Shown here: piece by piece, positions 1 through 14,443 of the stretch
How the letters are laid out: each line of letters opens with the position of its first letter
How positions within the stretch are numbered: the first letter of the stretch is position 1
Origin: Octopus bimaculoides
Taxonomy: Eukaryota
Length of the DNA stretch: 64,000 nt
Reading direction: 5' to 3'
Assembly (NCBI RefSeq): GCF_001194135.2
Contig: NC_068986.1
Location: forward strand, 30,875,028 to 30,939,027
Notes under the pieces: generated by a model
The model's input: only the letters and a program-made list of their open reading frames with translations
Told to the model about the DNA's origin: nothing
Databases searched by the model: none
Made by a program: the position numbers and the translations under genes

Positions 1-1364
1 TTAAAGTAAGTTGAGTAGGTCTGTAAAATATATTTTATCAGTTCTTTGAAGCAATGCAGGAAAACTTTCATGTGGAAAGAAAACATAGAATTAGTTATTA
101 ACTGTCATTTAATGCCTAATGTAGTGTTAATGTCTGTTTTTTTCTTCTTCTCCTTTTTCTTAAGAAAATGTGTGAAATTACGAAAAATATTTTAGCTAAA
201 TCAGTAAAAAAAAATTATTAAAAAATAAAGAATTATATACTTAACAGTAATGTATTATTAAAGCTTTTGCCCATTTTTACCCCAAACTCTTGATCTTGCC
301 CAAACTTATATCTGTGACAAAAATATATTCTTATGTGAAATCTTGTAAGAGCTTTCCTTGTTTATTGAAGTCAATTCTACCAAAAACTTCAACAGCTTTA
401 TTATGAACATAACATTCTTTTATTATTCTGTTTTATCTTTTTTTTATTCTATTAATACTGTTGAATTGTAAAAATCATCCAGTTATCTCCTTAACTAATT
501 CTGTTAAAAAAGGGCTCGAATCATCTCTCATTTTAGATTTCTGTGTCTTACTTTTCTATCTTTGCACAAATAGTATATAAATATTGACTTGTCCTATATT
601 CCTTCTAATACTTTGTGAAATTCTATCAATATCAGACAGACATATGCATATATTGCATAGGAATGATGATATTGATGATAATGAAACATAGCTACCTGAA
701 TTGTATCAGGAAGAGAACTGACAAATTTATCCTCATCAGGAAATACATGGAAAGATTCCAAGGATCTGTAAATGCCAACAATATCTCATCAGAAATGTCT
801 TATCAGCAATATTCTATGGAAAGCTTTGCACCACATTTGAACTAGATTTAAACAGTCTTGCTTACCAATTGAAGATATCTTCTCTCTCCTTTATTTAGTA
901 CTTGTTTACCTTTTGCTTTTATATTGTTATATTTTATAACTTTTTTAGCTTCTGAATTTTATTTTTAAATGCAATTACCCATTGGTGTCTGCATTTTGAT
1001 GGGAGGAGGAGGAGACTCTCCCACTAATTTTTTTAATGTTTACTTTGCTCAGTGGGTTGGCAACGTTGATGGAATGTTAGATTGTAGGCTTTGTGATATT
1101 GAGATAAATACTTCTGTTCTGAATTGAATTATCCCTTCATCTCTGACAATGTTGTTGTTGTTGGTTAGCCCAAGATCAGTGCTGATCAAGTAAGCCTATC
1201 ATCAAAGGCATTCCAGCTATAACCAGCTTGTCTTTTTTTTTTTTTTTCTCTCTTCAAGATAATATAGTCTGAGTGTACCTCAGACTATATCATCAAATGT
1301 TTCCTTTTTAAGATGATAGGCTGAAGCTTCACAGATTTTGGCTGTTGTTTCAAGCAGGTTGAGT

Positions 1365-1744
1365 GACCATGCACTCCGTTGCTTACGACGTCGAGGGTTC
1401 CAGTTGATCTGATCAACGGAACAGCCTGCTCGTGAAATTAACGTGCAAGTGGCTGAGCACTCCACAGACACGTGTACCCTTAACGTAGTTCTCAGGGATA
1501 TACCGTGTGACACAGAGTGACAAAGCTGACCCTTTGAATTACAGGCACAACAGAAACAGGAAGTAAGAGTGAGAGACAGTTGTGAAAGAGTACAGCAGGG
1601 TTCGCCAACATCCCCTGCCGGAGCCTTGTGGAGCTTTAGGTGTTTTCGCTCAATAAACACTCACAGCGCCCGGTCTGGGAATCGAAACCACGATCTTATG
1701 ACCGCGAGTCTGCTGCCCTAACCACTGGACCATTGCGCCTCCAC
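1365..1744 (-). mobile_element. tRNA-derived SINE (cephalopod type)
   Basis: The minus strand starts ggaggcgcaatggtccagtggttagggcagcagactcgc...gtttcgattccc (pol III A/B boxes). It is CpG-rich relative to its flanks. Confidence 0.75.
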
Positions 1745-2085
1745 ATTTAGGGACCTATAAGACTGATTTTAATGCAGTGTGTTCCTTCTTTTCCCAAGAC
1801 CGCGGAGTATGATTTGAAGGGGGTTTGGCTTCCTCATTCATTTCCTCAAATGAATGAATGATTTCATTTGGGAAACAGATGTTAGCTTAATGATGACAGT
1901 GGTTAAAAAATCTAGAACTCTCTAGGTTTCATTTGTTGTAATTGGTACAATATGTACAAACAGTCTATTTTAGAGTGTTTGTATGTTTTGTTTTCCAATT
2001 CCATATTTATCTAACTTAGTTCTGAATTACTCTATTTGTGTTCCTTTTGGATCTGCATCAGATTTTCTAAAATTTACTTCCTTCA

Positions 2086-2142
2086 ACACACACACACATG
2101 CACACACACACACAATCACTCTCTCTCTCTCTCTCTCTCTCT

Positions 2143-2196
<54 letters not shown>
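2086..2196. repeat. Compound (CA)n-(CT)n microsatellite
   Basis: Read directly from the sequence. Confidence 0.97.
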
Positions 2197-2199
<3 letters not shown>

Positions 2200-4220
2200 T
2201 GTCTGTCTTTCCATTTTAGCATAGGTGTGGAGGGGAGTATAATTGAATATTTTGGTTGGTTATGGTCAGTTTAAATGTTACAGGGTTAAACAAAAGTCAA
2301 AGTTACAATATAGGAATACTCATATTATGGAAGCATTGTTTCTGAAAATCTTGCCATGATGCTGAATTCCATAATACAAAACCTATTTTCCAGTTGACTT
2401 GCAAAATGAAATCAGTGGGGAAACAAGTTATAGAATTCCATATTGTATTAAGATTTTCAACAACACAAATACAGGAGATATCTGAATTCAGATTGCTTGC
2501 TGTTTTTTTTTTTAATTCTATTTAATAAATAGGTCTTTTAGCTTCGTAGTTGTCTCCCCCCCCCCCCATGCACACACATCAAGTTATATGTACATAGCCA
2601 TTTCTGTGTGTTTGTTTGAGAAATCAGTTGTAAAAATTTCTATTTCTTGTGGGTAAAGAACTCAAAATGTATTATAGTTAGGGTTCTTTACTTTTCTTGA
2701 AGTAGCCAGAATTATATTCTCCATTCTTTTTTCTCTTTTCTCATACACACAAGCTCACAAATGCTTTTGCCTATTTGAAGGGATGGGTAGGCAGGTGGAG
2801 ACAGTGACAGACTTTCACATTATGTCAAGAGGAAATAGCTGCCAGATTTTTGTTGACCTTATTAGATGTCATTGCGAACTCATTAGTAACTTTTGTTCTG
2901 CAGGATTTTGTAACTGGTTTCATTTACATATGCCTTATGTAAAACTATTTCAACTAGATAACTGGTATTGTTTCAACCCTTCCTGCTAATTAAGCAGTTT
3001 CAGTACATGTATGCTGTCTGAAACCTTGTGAAACAATGTTTTCTTTTTTTCTAAAATACACAAGCTTTCAATTTGAAACTTCAATTGGGTCATGTTCACG
3101 TTTTTTGCTATTTCTTATATAGAAGTAAAACTAGGTGATCTCTTCATTATTTTGCATTGAGTTAAGTTTACTTGGTGGTTATTTAGTTTTCCTTAACCAT
3201 TTCACCAACAACATTATCATTTTATCAGATTGTTATTAATGGAAGTAATGAGAACCAAGGCAATATAGTAAACTCTGCATAACTTGTAATGTTGTGTTTG
3301 GAAACTGAGTCTGTAAAGTATAATTCTTTCAATTATAGGCACAATGCCTGAAATTTGTGGGTAGGAAACTAGTAGATAACATCAACATCAGTGCTTAACT
3401 GGTATTATTTTATCAATCCTGAAAGCATGAAAAGTGAAGTCAACTATGGCAGCGTTTTATCTCAGGACATACAACTGGAAAAACTGCTGCTAAGCATTTT
3501 GTCCAGCAGGGCTAATGATTCTGCCAGCTTACCACCATCAACTATGTAAAATATATTGACAAGAGATATGACATCCAGTATTTGTAGTATTAATATAATT
3601 AACAGATTTTGCCATTATTAGCAGATTAAACAACTTTTTAAAGATCTTTCTTGTGGGCATGATTAGCTTTTTGTTCAGCAATCATGTGACATGAAGCTAA
3701 GTGAACTGTTGGCAATTACCAATTTTGAACTATTTTTCCTAAGAGCATTTCCTGTTATTTTACAACTTAATAACAAAACATTAAGTAAAATTAAATGCTG
3801 AGTGTTCATCGTGATTTAGTGTCACTTAAGTGCTAGGTAGTGTAATTGGAAACCTGGTTGTCCAGCAAGCAATAGGCCTGCTGTATTCATGGCTCTGCTC
3901 CAGCATGGTCACCGCTGAGTGGCTGAAACCTGTAAAAGAGTGTGTAATTATGAGCAATATAATATATTCTCATAATGAGTATATATTGTGAGCATTGTGA
4001 TCCCATGGAGATACAAATAAACTGAAAAAAAATAATAAGGTGTAACTTAGAAGAATTAGCATTTTGAATTTAAATTGGTTTTGGGGGAACTCAGTACGTC
4101 CATTAATGCAACACACTTGGGACCTGGGTAGTTCTGAATTATGAAATATGGTGGTTTATTAGAACTTAATCTTGACAAACAATAAAATCTTGTTTTTTTT
4201 TAAAACCAGGTCATAAAATA

Positions 4221-5465
4221 TTGGGTCATCCCATAAATAATGCCTTTTTTTTCATACTTCTTTTATTTTTCAAAATTAAGATAATCACAGTTCTTTTTTA
4301 ATCTAAAATATACCCTCTTTCATTTTCTACAATATTTTTCCATCTGTCTGGTAGACTTGTAAGGACCCTCTTCCAAAATTTCCTTGTCCGTGATGAAAAA
4401 TACTCCTCCAGTACTGTTCTGACCTCATCTGCGGAATCAATGATAATCAGATGGGGCAATGTCTGGTGAATATGGTGGGTGGGGCATTGTTTCCTCTTCA
4501 AAGTGCTCCAACTTTTGGAATGTCGTCCACACTGTATGTGGCCGAGCATTATTCTGATAGAACACCTTTTGTCTTGAAACCAAATATGATCGTTTTTTTT
4601 CTTTCTTTCTAGCACTGGCTTAAGCTGCTCACAGTAGATCTCCTTTGTTATTGATTGGTTTGTGCTTAAAAGTTCAAAGTGGACTAAACCTTTCATATCC
4701 CACCAAACAGATAACAACACCTTATGTGGGTGAAGCCCTTCTTTAGCCTGGGGTGCTGGTGTTTCTTCTTTCCCTACCCACTGTCTTTGGCACTTGACTT
4801 TTTTTATAGAGAACCCATTTCTCATCACCAGTTGCTATTCAGTTAAAAAAAGCTTCATTCGTGAGACATGACAGCAAAGAATAGCACACATTCACTCTCT
4901 GTGTGTGATTAGACTCAGAAAGTTTGTGAGGAACCCATTGACCCAATTTGCTGACTTTTCCAATGGCACGCAAGTGTTGATGAATAGTTGAATGACCAAA
5001 TCCAAGCTTCTCTGCTAGTTTCTCAACAGTTATGATTGGATTTTGTTATACCAAGGTTTGCAGGACATCCTCATCAAGCTCTACAGATCTTTCAGGACAA
5101 CGCTTATCTTCTAGGTTGTAGTTTCTGGCTCAGAATTTCTGAAACCACTGTTGATACTGTCTTACACTTATTGTCCAGTCCCTGTATATTGCATTAATAT
5201 TCCTCACACTTACTGTTGCATTGTTGCCTTTATTGAATTCATAAAGCAAAATATGCTGAACATGCACCTTTGTCATTTCCATTATAGCTTTGAGAAAATA
5301 ACTTTTAAAATCAAACTGCACTCTTCAAAACTTGCACTGAAAATAAGTACAAGGTAAAATTACTGCTTGTTTTTATAACAAGTTGATGCAGGTAGTTTAT
5401 CCCGTCTCTCTCTGAATTTTAATTCATGCAATTGAAAAAACTGCATTATTTATGGGATGACCCAA
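4221..5465 (-). mobile_element. Full-length decayed mariner (Tc1/mariner DD34D) transposon, 1245 bp
   Basis: Perfect 23-bp TIRs (ttgggtcatcccataaataatgc at 4221-4243 and its reverse complement at 5443-5465) with TA on both sides. Minus-strand motifs are WVPHKL, TGDEKWVLY, QNNARPH and PYSPDIAPSDY. Stops and frameshifts are present. Confidence 0.93.
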
Positions 5466-5657
5466 TATTTAACTGCATTTGTTAGTAACCTCAATATCTG
5501 CTGACTTCTTTTCACCATTAAAATTTATTTTGTAAATGCCATGCTATATTTCAAAATCTCTAATTGCCACCACCAACAACAACTATAAGCACATTCAAGT
5601 CTTAGCCATATCTTTACAAAAGAAAATACAATATGAATGTTTAACTTGAAGCATTAA

Positions 5658-5853
5658 CACTTTTGTTACCATATTTCTGTGTATTTCAATTAATTTTGAA
5701 AATAATGGAGAATTTAATGAAATAACTTCATTATTAAGATGGTGTTTGAAACAAATTAACATGAAATTTTAATGGGAAGTTTTAAGTTAATTTTAAACAG
5801 AAAGTTTGTCTTACAGAACCAGTGGTGTTCTAGGCAGGTTGGTTTCAGAAGGG
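5658..5853. mobile_element. TTAA-flanked MITE, same family as 25696
   Basis: TTAA|CACTTTTGTTACCATATTTCTG ... GGTTTCAGAAGGG|TTAA. Confidence 0.65.
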
Positions 5854-8044
5854 TTAAATCTTCAACACTTAACAAAATAACTGCTACAAACTTACCTCAA
5901 TCTCCTTAGTTTTAAAACTTTGTGAAAAGCATTATTTTTCTAACAACATCAATTCTAAAAATAGATCAGATTGTTTTCTAATTCACTTAACCTTTAGCAT
6001 GCTGAAGGCAAATCATGTTGCCATATGAGTTTTCTCCCCTCTCAATGCAACACATTGTGCCTGCAGATGCAGGGAAGAAAACTCATGTGGCAACATCAAA
6101 TTGCTTTCAGCATGGTAAAGTTTAACTGTACAGTGTCTTGTTACATTTTCCTCAAACTGATCTAAACAAAAGGTCATTATCATTTCTAGGGATTTTAGAA
6201 ATAGAGTGCATGGACAAAGTGTAGATGTGTGATAGAGTAAGGTAGACAGAGAGTGCATGTGTGATTGAGTAATTAGTTGAAGTCATTAAACTGACCCACA
6301 CATTAACTGGTATGTTCCCCTTTCAGTATTGATTTACTCTTCTACCACCAGCATAGCTCTATCTATATCAGTTTATAGAAACCATTATTATTGACTCTCT
6401 CTCAATCTTTCACACAAAGTGTTTGCTTAATTCATTCCATACTCAAACACTATCATTTTTTATATGTACTACATTAGTTTGTAGGTGTGTGCGTGTGTTT
6501 GTATGTATGTGTGCATCAGAGGATTTTCCAATAAATTGGTGCATAAAAAAAAAGTACTTTGTTGCATTTAATCCATCAGTTATGCCCTTTGATGCTAAGG
6601 TGAACTTAGCCATTTGGTAAATAGGAATTGATAAAATAAGTTCTGGTCTCTTTACACAAGTGTATCAACATCATTGCAGTTTAAAAACTGAAACAAGTAA
6701 AAGAATACTTGTATCGAAGCTTTTCTGATTCCACAAGAATTTCTGTTTTTCTCCAATATCCTTTTTACTTCTTGCACAATTATTTACTGCTGTTTTTTAA
6801 CTGCACTGTTAGAATTGTCAGACAATCTGTATTTGCCTGTAATATAGCCTCTCTTGATGGAATGATTCATAACTGTTGTACTACTATTATTTAAAGTCAA
6901 CCATGGAAAGTCTGTGTGATCACTCTGAATTCTCTTAACTGAATACAAATAATAGAGATATTGGGCAGGAGTTGATCTTCTCAATTGAAATACTATCCTT
7001 TTCCAGAAAATTGATATATTTGTCCAGATCAAAGTGTTTCTATTGATTTGTGAATGGTTAATTTTGCTAAAATGCTGCTCTCATTGAAAATTATCTATCT
7101 CCTTCAATAACCAAATATGTAATGTATGAATTCATCCCAGCAGTTATTATTATTATTATTATTCTCTTCTCTGTCATTTCCCCCTATGCCTACCCCTCCC
7201 AAATCATCTTTTATTGATTTTTGGCATTAATAAAAATAACAAAATTTCTATAACATCTCTACAACAATGTTTTGTCAGCTAGTTGCAATTGGTTTTAACC
7301 AAACTGCTTGTAATCAATATCTCTCTCTAACACAGTATAACTCCAGCAGTCCAATCATTGTCATCAGTGAAATTATGACCACCATCTCTAAATATCTGTT
7401 TGGTATTTAAGTAGATTACAATGTGTAGCTTTTTGGGTAACCGTGGCTTTTTTTATATGTGTAAAAAATTTTTTTTGCCATGTAAATGTTCATAATGTCC
7501 ACATTATAAGTCTGGCAGTTTTGACGTCTGCACCAAACCAGTTATGGGTAAATATTTTGTGAGTTACTGATGGTCATATAGAGTGTTTATATACTTAGAT
7601 CAGACGCTGCTTTGAATATAAATTCAAGCTAGTTCCTTGTGTAATAGATTATAGATTTTACAGACACACAGGTTAACTCAAACCATGTCCGTTTTTTAAT
7701 GTGAAAGAGCAGTGTTGAAGCTGAAAGAAGAAATTTTTAAACACTACCCTGCATTTTCTCACATTTTCTAACTCAAACTTATGTTAAGAAAGAGTAATAC
7801 ATGTATTCTTCAGATAACTTAGATTTTTATACACACATGTACACGCATGCATATTTGTGTTATAGATGCATGTACTGTAATAGTTTTATCATCAAAGATT
7901 AAGAAGCCTATAAGAAATATTTTTTTGGTATAATTCTTCAACCTGGGGAAGCAGTTTGCCAATGCTGCATCCTCTCTCCACACCTTTTCAACATCTACCC
8001 TGAGATGATAATGAGACTGATATTAAAATAGAAGAGACAGCAGT

Positions 8045-8760
8045 AACTTGAGACATGCAGTTGACACAGATCTGCTAGCTGCTACACAAAAATTACAAGT
8101 CCTATTTCAAGTTACAGAAGTCCTGTGCTGAGTTTAGTTGGCTGATAAAAGAGTGGGATGATAAAGAAAATTACAATTCAAGCTGACATCTATACTAGAA
8201 GCATTGAGATTGTATGTGTCCTGATGCAGATGAATGCAACAAAGAAATAAGGCAAAGGCTGGCTAGTAATGGCATGTACAAGCATTACCAATCTCTGAGG
8301 AAGATAGACTTGTTAGCTTTAAATGCTAATGCACCTTCTTAAGGGTCTTGTCCATCCTGTGTCTTTATATAGCTGTGAAACATGAACCCTTATAGTAGCT
8401 GACAAGAAGTTTAGGGCATTTGAGAGACAGATGGGCTCTTAGAGTATTGTACATTAGAAGTAGATATGACAATTTAGTCCTAGAAAAGATTGGCATGAAA
8501 TGAATATTTCTGGAAACCATTATCCAATGGAAATTCTGCTGCCTGCACCCCACAAGAACTAATGATGCACCAGAACATACTGTGCTTAAAGGCTGAGTAG
8601 AAAGAAGCCACACCTAGAGTAAACAAAGGACAACCTGAATTAACAACATTAAGATGTGGATCAGCAACATTGCCAGAGATACAAGAGGTTTCACTGCCAA
8701 TAGATTACAATGGAAGAAAGAGGTTGAGAATCCAAGAGAATGGTATATGGTGATGATGAC
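8045..8760 (+). mobile_element. Older RTE-type LINE 3' fragment
   Basis: LRHAVDTDLLAA resembles the RT motif LRYADD(T)xLLA. It is GC-richer than its flanks and ends in gatgatgac. Confidence 0.55.
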
Positions 8761-11700
8761 GAGTGAAACATGTACTTTGTACCATTACATAAGCTTCACC
8801 ATTAAGAAATAATTGGTTCTGTATTTAGTTAACTATCAAATTTAGATTATTCTATACACTACTATCATTTTCACTACTGAGTGGTGGGAGGTGGACATGT
8901 ATTTATATAAAAGGAAGTGTCAATAATACAGATCAGTTGATGCTAATTTAGGTGAAGTGAACGAAAAAAAAAATAATAGTGAAGATCCTGGACTATAAAT
9001 TATCCATGGAATAATTTGCTATGTTCAGTTTAAGGTTATGTCATTATTTCAGTAATAAGATTTGTTAGACACCTCTCATAACCTGCTTTATGTTTGCTTT
9101 CAAACGTGTATGTTTTAACTTCTTCGTGGTTCAAAGATCAAAGATCAGTTTGTAATCTTTTGATCTGATTATTTGTAAATTTATATTTTCAATCTTATCT
9201 GAACTAAATATCACTTTATAAATGACCTATGAACTTAAGGTAAACATTTATCTTCGCCAAAGCTAATATTTAAATTTAGTGCTACATAATTTAAGTGGTT
9301 ATGTTTTGAGTATACAAATCAGAAAGCTATATAAGTCTCTGAAATGTTTGTTTTAAACTGTTTGGTGAAGATATTGTTCATTGTTTGCAACAGGCTTTTT
9401 GTTTGTTGTATTCTGTTAGCTAATTACACAATCTTGCAGTATATTCAGATACTTTTGATTAATAAATTCTTTATTTCTTTATATGTTGAAAATATTTCTT
9501 GATAACTTCGACTTCAATTAAAATCTTCTACCAAACCTCAGTCACAATTTATGTTCCTAACACCAGCTTAATGATAACTAAGTTATTTTACTAAATTTTT
9601 TGTTGTATTTAAAATGAATTGAAAGAAACACAAAGCATCTCAAAATAAATAAGGTAATGAAAGGGTTAATATTTTTTATGCTTCATACTGTTAGAATTAG
9701 CGTTTATCTAAAACTTTATTCTTGATATTTTTACTATAGTTCAAGCAAATACTATTCAATTCCAAATGATTATACTGTGTTTATATTTGCTTCATTAAAA
9801 TATTCTAAATTTCCTTGACATTCATTTAACCTATCTTTCAAGTTCACCTTTACATCTGATCTAGATTTTATTTGTCATTTATTGAACAGTATTCTTTAGC
9901 CACCAGGATTCACTAACATATAATAAAACAGATTTTTCAGAGAAGTTTTCCAACAGAGCAACCTCTCATTGCCTTCAAACTCTTTTATATTGTCACTCAT
10001 TAATGTCTAAAACAAAAGCTATTTTAAAGAAAAATATCTACTTACCATAAGGGTGATTTCATTTCTTTAAAGCTCTTTTCTGTGTAAATATTTCTTATAC
10101 AGATAGGATTATATTGGGTAATTATTGAATGTCCATATATGTTTTTCTTTCCTTCGTCCCATTTCATTGTTAATAATACATAGCATATCATTGAACACAT
10201 GATCTGTTTTCTGATATTTTACTCCACTCTACTCCCCGCCACCAACTGAAGTACATCAGTTTCTACTTTCATCAAATCTCTTAACTTTCAAATATAAGAT
10301 TGAATTACTCTCTCTTTAATTCATTCATTCATTCATTCAAATCAAATAAAATGAATACTCATTAGAGTGTATTGTATAGCTTTGAATCTGAAAGCATTGC
10401 TACATTTACTCAGGTACTCAGAGTTTGATAAGTGTTATACATGGAACTCAAGTATCTAAGTAGCAACCGATATGGTTTTAGTTTATAATCCCTTTCCCTC
10501 ATTACCATTATTCCCTCCCTTTCATAACCTTGTTTCCTTCTTATCACTTCCTCTTCCCCTATTACATTGCTCATGATTAACATGTAACTGCCTATCAATG
10601 TATCTTTTCCATTACTCCCTCTTACTTCTGTCACTCTATTTCCTTTATCATACTCATACTATCTCTTCAGCCATCCACTTGGTAATGTTTGCCTTGAACA
10701 GATGAAGGCAATTAGAAGTGAGAAGGCTCTAGTGTTAGAGCTATTATAAAATAAACTCAGTACATTCTGTAAAGTAGTTGGCATTAGGAAGGGTATCCAA
10801 TGGACTGTATAAATAAAATGTGGCCCTCTGATCCATCTAGGTGGGCAGTAACTCCAAATAGACATTCACTTAGACTGTGATGACCCTAGAAAAAGGTCAT
10901 AAAATAAATGGTGTGTGTGTATCCACACACACTGTATTGTTTATATGTATTCCATGTTTTAGAAATAGAAACAATAATTGAAAGGGCTTTTAAGTGGTAG
11001 TATTCAATTTTAGAAGAATTGAATTTTATTTTTTTCATTGCCTTGTTTCATTTTATGTTCATTTTTCTTTTAATGGTTTAATGGTTGTTGAAATCGGATA
11101 AATAAATAACCAATTTAAAGATACCCTTGTTTCAGGGATAAGATTACATTATGACTGAATACAATCCATAATATTATACAATGATTTCAACAGAACTTAT
11201 TCAATCAATATTTACCTCACAATAGTGTAACAAAGAGATCCAATTTTTTTGACTTTTCCTAACCAGAATTCAATCTAAATGATTGATTGATGTTGTTGGC
11301 TTCACTAGAGGCTAATAGTTGTGGCATTTTTGTAGCATTCTTGTCTGTCTTAGTAGCATCTAAAAATTCAAGTTAAAATATAATTTTAACTAAGATTTAA
11401 TGTTGCTACTTTCTGTACCTAATCTAATTTGAAGCAAAATAATGATAGCTTCTCTATGGTTTTGTGGATAGATCATGTTACTTTTATTATTATTATTATT
11501 ATTATATAATGTTAGCGTGTTTAAATGATGAAGTACAAATGAGCTCTGTAAATAAGCTGGTATAAGAGGACTCAAATGTCATGTGCAGGAAAGAAGTTAC
11601 TGCTATGCTATGTGATGTATGTAGATGGTATAAGTTGTATAAAGAAGGGTCAAATGTTTGAATTGGATGAAAGCTGTGTACACCCTTTCCCTTTCACATT

Positions 11701-12612
11701 AGTACACTAGAAAAGTAACTTTAAACCTCTACATACTTTTACACTTTTAACCACTTCTTTCCTTTCAGTCACGTATACAATCACACCTACTGCTGCAAGA
11801 TATTTCTAACTTCTTGGATTTTAAATTGGCTTACAATAAACAATGTTGTTACTGTAACAGTTTATCTTCATTTATTATGTGTTTTACACTGAATTTGTTG
11901 AATTCATTCACTTCCCTTCAACCTAGAATGAGATAGTGGTTGTTTTTTTTTTTGTTTAAAGCACATGCTTGACAGTAACTATTGCACAGAGGTATTTGAT
12001 TGATAAAACGGCTGGTGTAACTTCTGATACTATATTTCATGATGGATTTATTAGGCTAGTGTCATTAATAAAAGAAATATATTGGTTATATTAAGTATAC
12101 AATTTATAGACAGAAGACCATTTTATGATTCATTAATGTTAGCTTGACTAAAATTTATAGTGAATTGCCTGGAGAGAAATAAAACACCATACATTATTAG
12201 TTAAACAGTTGGAATAGTTGATAAGGCATGTTACTATTTTATTACAGTACGGCATGTTATTGCTCTTGTCGTCTGGTGTGTTTTCTTGATATATAGCATG
12301 TCTTATTCTTAGTATGACCAATGTGGAAAATATATTTTCTTAGGAGGTCTTAAGCTGATAATAGTGTGTTTACTCTAAAGTTTTAGTATTTTAGGTATTG
12401 TTGTTTTATTGCCGAATGTCATAAATCCCGAGATTCTTATTTCTCTTGTTGATGACATTTAAATACTTCAATAAATAAATAAATAAATGAATTGAGAGTA
12501 TATGGATGCTATTGGTCTTCATTTCATACCATTTGGGATGAAACCTACAGATGCTTCCACTCTAAAGCAAAATGGAGCTGTTTTGCTAAATTTCAAGACG
12601 TGTGTGTGTGAG

Positions 12613-12708
12613 TGCAGGCATGGCTTTGTGGTAAGAAGTTTGCTTCCCAACCATAGTTCCAGGTTCAGTCCCACTGTATAACACCTTGGGAAAATGTTTT
12701 CTACTATA
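12613..12708 (+). mobile_element. 5' fragment of the same SINE
   Basis: ggcatggctttgtggtaagaagtttgcttcccaacc...ggttcagtcccactg. Confidence 0.7.
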
Positions 12709-13932
12709 ATTTGTGTTAATAGTTTTCTTAGCTAATTAAGCATTCTACAAAACAAAACATTAAAATAACTGTCTAAAGGACACAAGTTGAACTTAATTTT
12801 TGGTTTGCTTATGACATCTAAAATAGTTATAAGATTATGCTAATGCTGCCGTCCAACACTAGTTTCTTTAGATTCTACTGTTTTATTATTAGTATAAATA
12901 GGTCTTCTGATGAATCAGTCTTTGTAGTAAAGATTGTTTGCCAACATAACATGGCAGTCCTGGTTTAGGATGAATGTTGCTGTAATTGAGCCCCAGGAGA
13001 CATCATCTCCAGCTGGCTATATGACACGATCTGTGTCCTTGTGTTTTTGAACAAGGAAATCTAGCACTCCCACTCAGCTCCAAACAATATCTGTGTATCG
13101 CGATTTCCAGATTATTTGCCTTCATCAGCACAGAATAATTGTTCAGCTAGAAGTGGTGGTGCCAAATTCCCATTCGAAATATATCTCATTGTGAGATTTA
13201 AAAATAGTAATTTTTGAATCAGTCTTTGTTTTGATTTTTCTGTTTTCAATAACCATTTACTTACTTAACATTGCAATTGTTTATAACTAATCAATTACTC
13301 TTTTAGTTTTGTTCCAAAAGTATTTCCTTAATTTAAAATTTCTTTACCTGTAAATGCTTGCACATACTGCAAAAATTAAGAAAAATGAACCTGTTATGTT
13401 TCCATTCTTGTTTCATATGAGATTATATGTAAAAAAAAAAAGGCGAGAAAGAAATGATAACAAATGTTTGTTTTAAATTTAAATTATTTGATAAGTAAAT
13501 TTTCAAATAATTTACTTATCAAATTATTATGATGTAGTGATGTATACCTCACATCATAATATTAAGATAGTGTTTATGTTTTGAGTGAAAAAATTGTTTT
13601 GTATTAATATTTGTAATTAAAATATTTCGAAAATTTTCTTTACATCTGGGGCCGTTCTAGCCTAATTTTACCTTGTATACATATATTTAACTTCAAAAAT
13701 ATAAAATAGCTTTTTTTTTTTTTTTTTTTGAAAAAATATAATTCTTTTGGCTTTCTTGTTTTATTTTAAGCTGCTATATTCGCAATTAATTATTTTTGGT
13801 GAATTTATAGGTTTACTATATTTGAACTTATTAAAGTTTTACACTTTCATCTTTACTACCAAATATTATGGTATGTGGTACTTTTTTTCCGTTTTGGTTT
13901 TTGTACAGCTGCTTATATTTGTACTTGATTAG

Positions 13933-14037
13933 GTCAACTACCACAGTGACTTTGAAAAACAAAAGGGTACTTACACTGCTGTAGCTGAACCTATTGAATT
14001 GAAACAACATTTGGAAAACACAAAGAACATGAGTTTG
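13933..14037 (+). CDS. Lasp: Lasp nebulin-repeat exon A1 (105 nt, phase 0/0): VNYHSDFEKQKGTYTAVAEPIELKQHLENTKNMSL
   Basis: Bounded by ttgattag| and |gtataa. It is 35 open codons. The nebulin SxxxY signature forms across the junctions (S-L|V-N-Y). It is paralogous to five downstream exons. Confidence 0.9.
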
Positions 14038-14443
14038 GTATAAATTGTGAAAATTGATACCCTTTTTTTTTTTTTTTTTTTTAAATATATTGTAAGAAAG
14101 ATAATTTTAACATTTATTTTGTTAATTTTGAAAAAAACTTTGTAAAGTATAGCTGCAATTGGATATATGAATAATTGTGAAGTCATGAAAGCTTTTGAAT
14201 TATGTGCAGAGATTTTATTAAGATTTAGTTTTTATAATTGACATTTTAATATCGATTGCAATTTCTATTTAACTATTTAAAAGTTTTTTTTTTCTTCAAA
14301 TAATCAGTAATCTGTATTTTTAGTCAATAAGCTTCCATATATTACACATACTCACACATATACATACATACATAAATATATATTCACTATAATAGTGGTA
14401 GAGAAAAAACAAAATTATTAAGTCCTCCTTGATCCATTAACAG

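Noticed and set aside
615-845. 76-aa ORF at the window start
   Set aside because: No Lasp/LIM or other recognisable motif. Possibly a decayed repeat.
1280-1660. 126-aa minus-strand ORF
   Set aside because: It lies within a tRNA-derived SINE and has no protein-family features.
1983-2224. ORFs rich in HT, SL or CV repeats here and at about 31100-31430, 32400-33015, 39621-39947, 42311-42915 and 53001-53252
   Set aside because: They are translated microsatellites.
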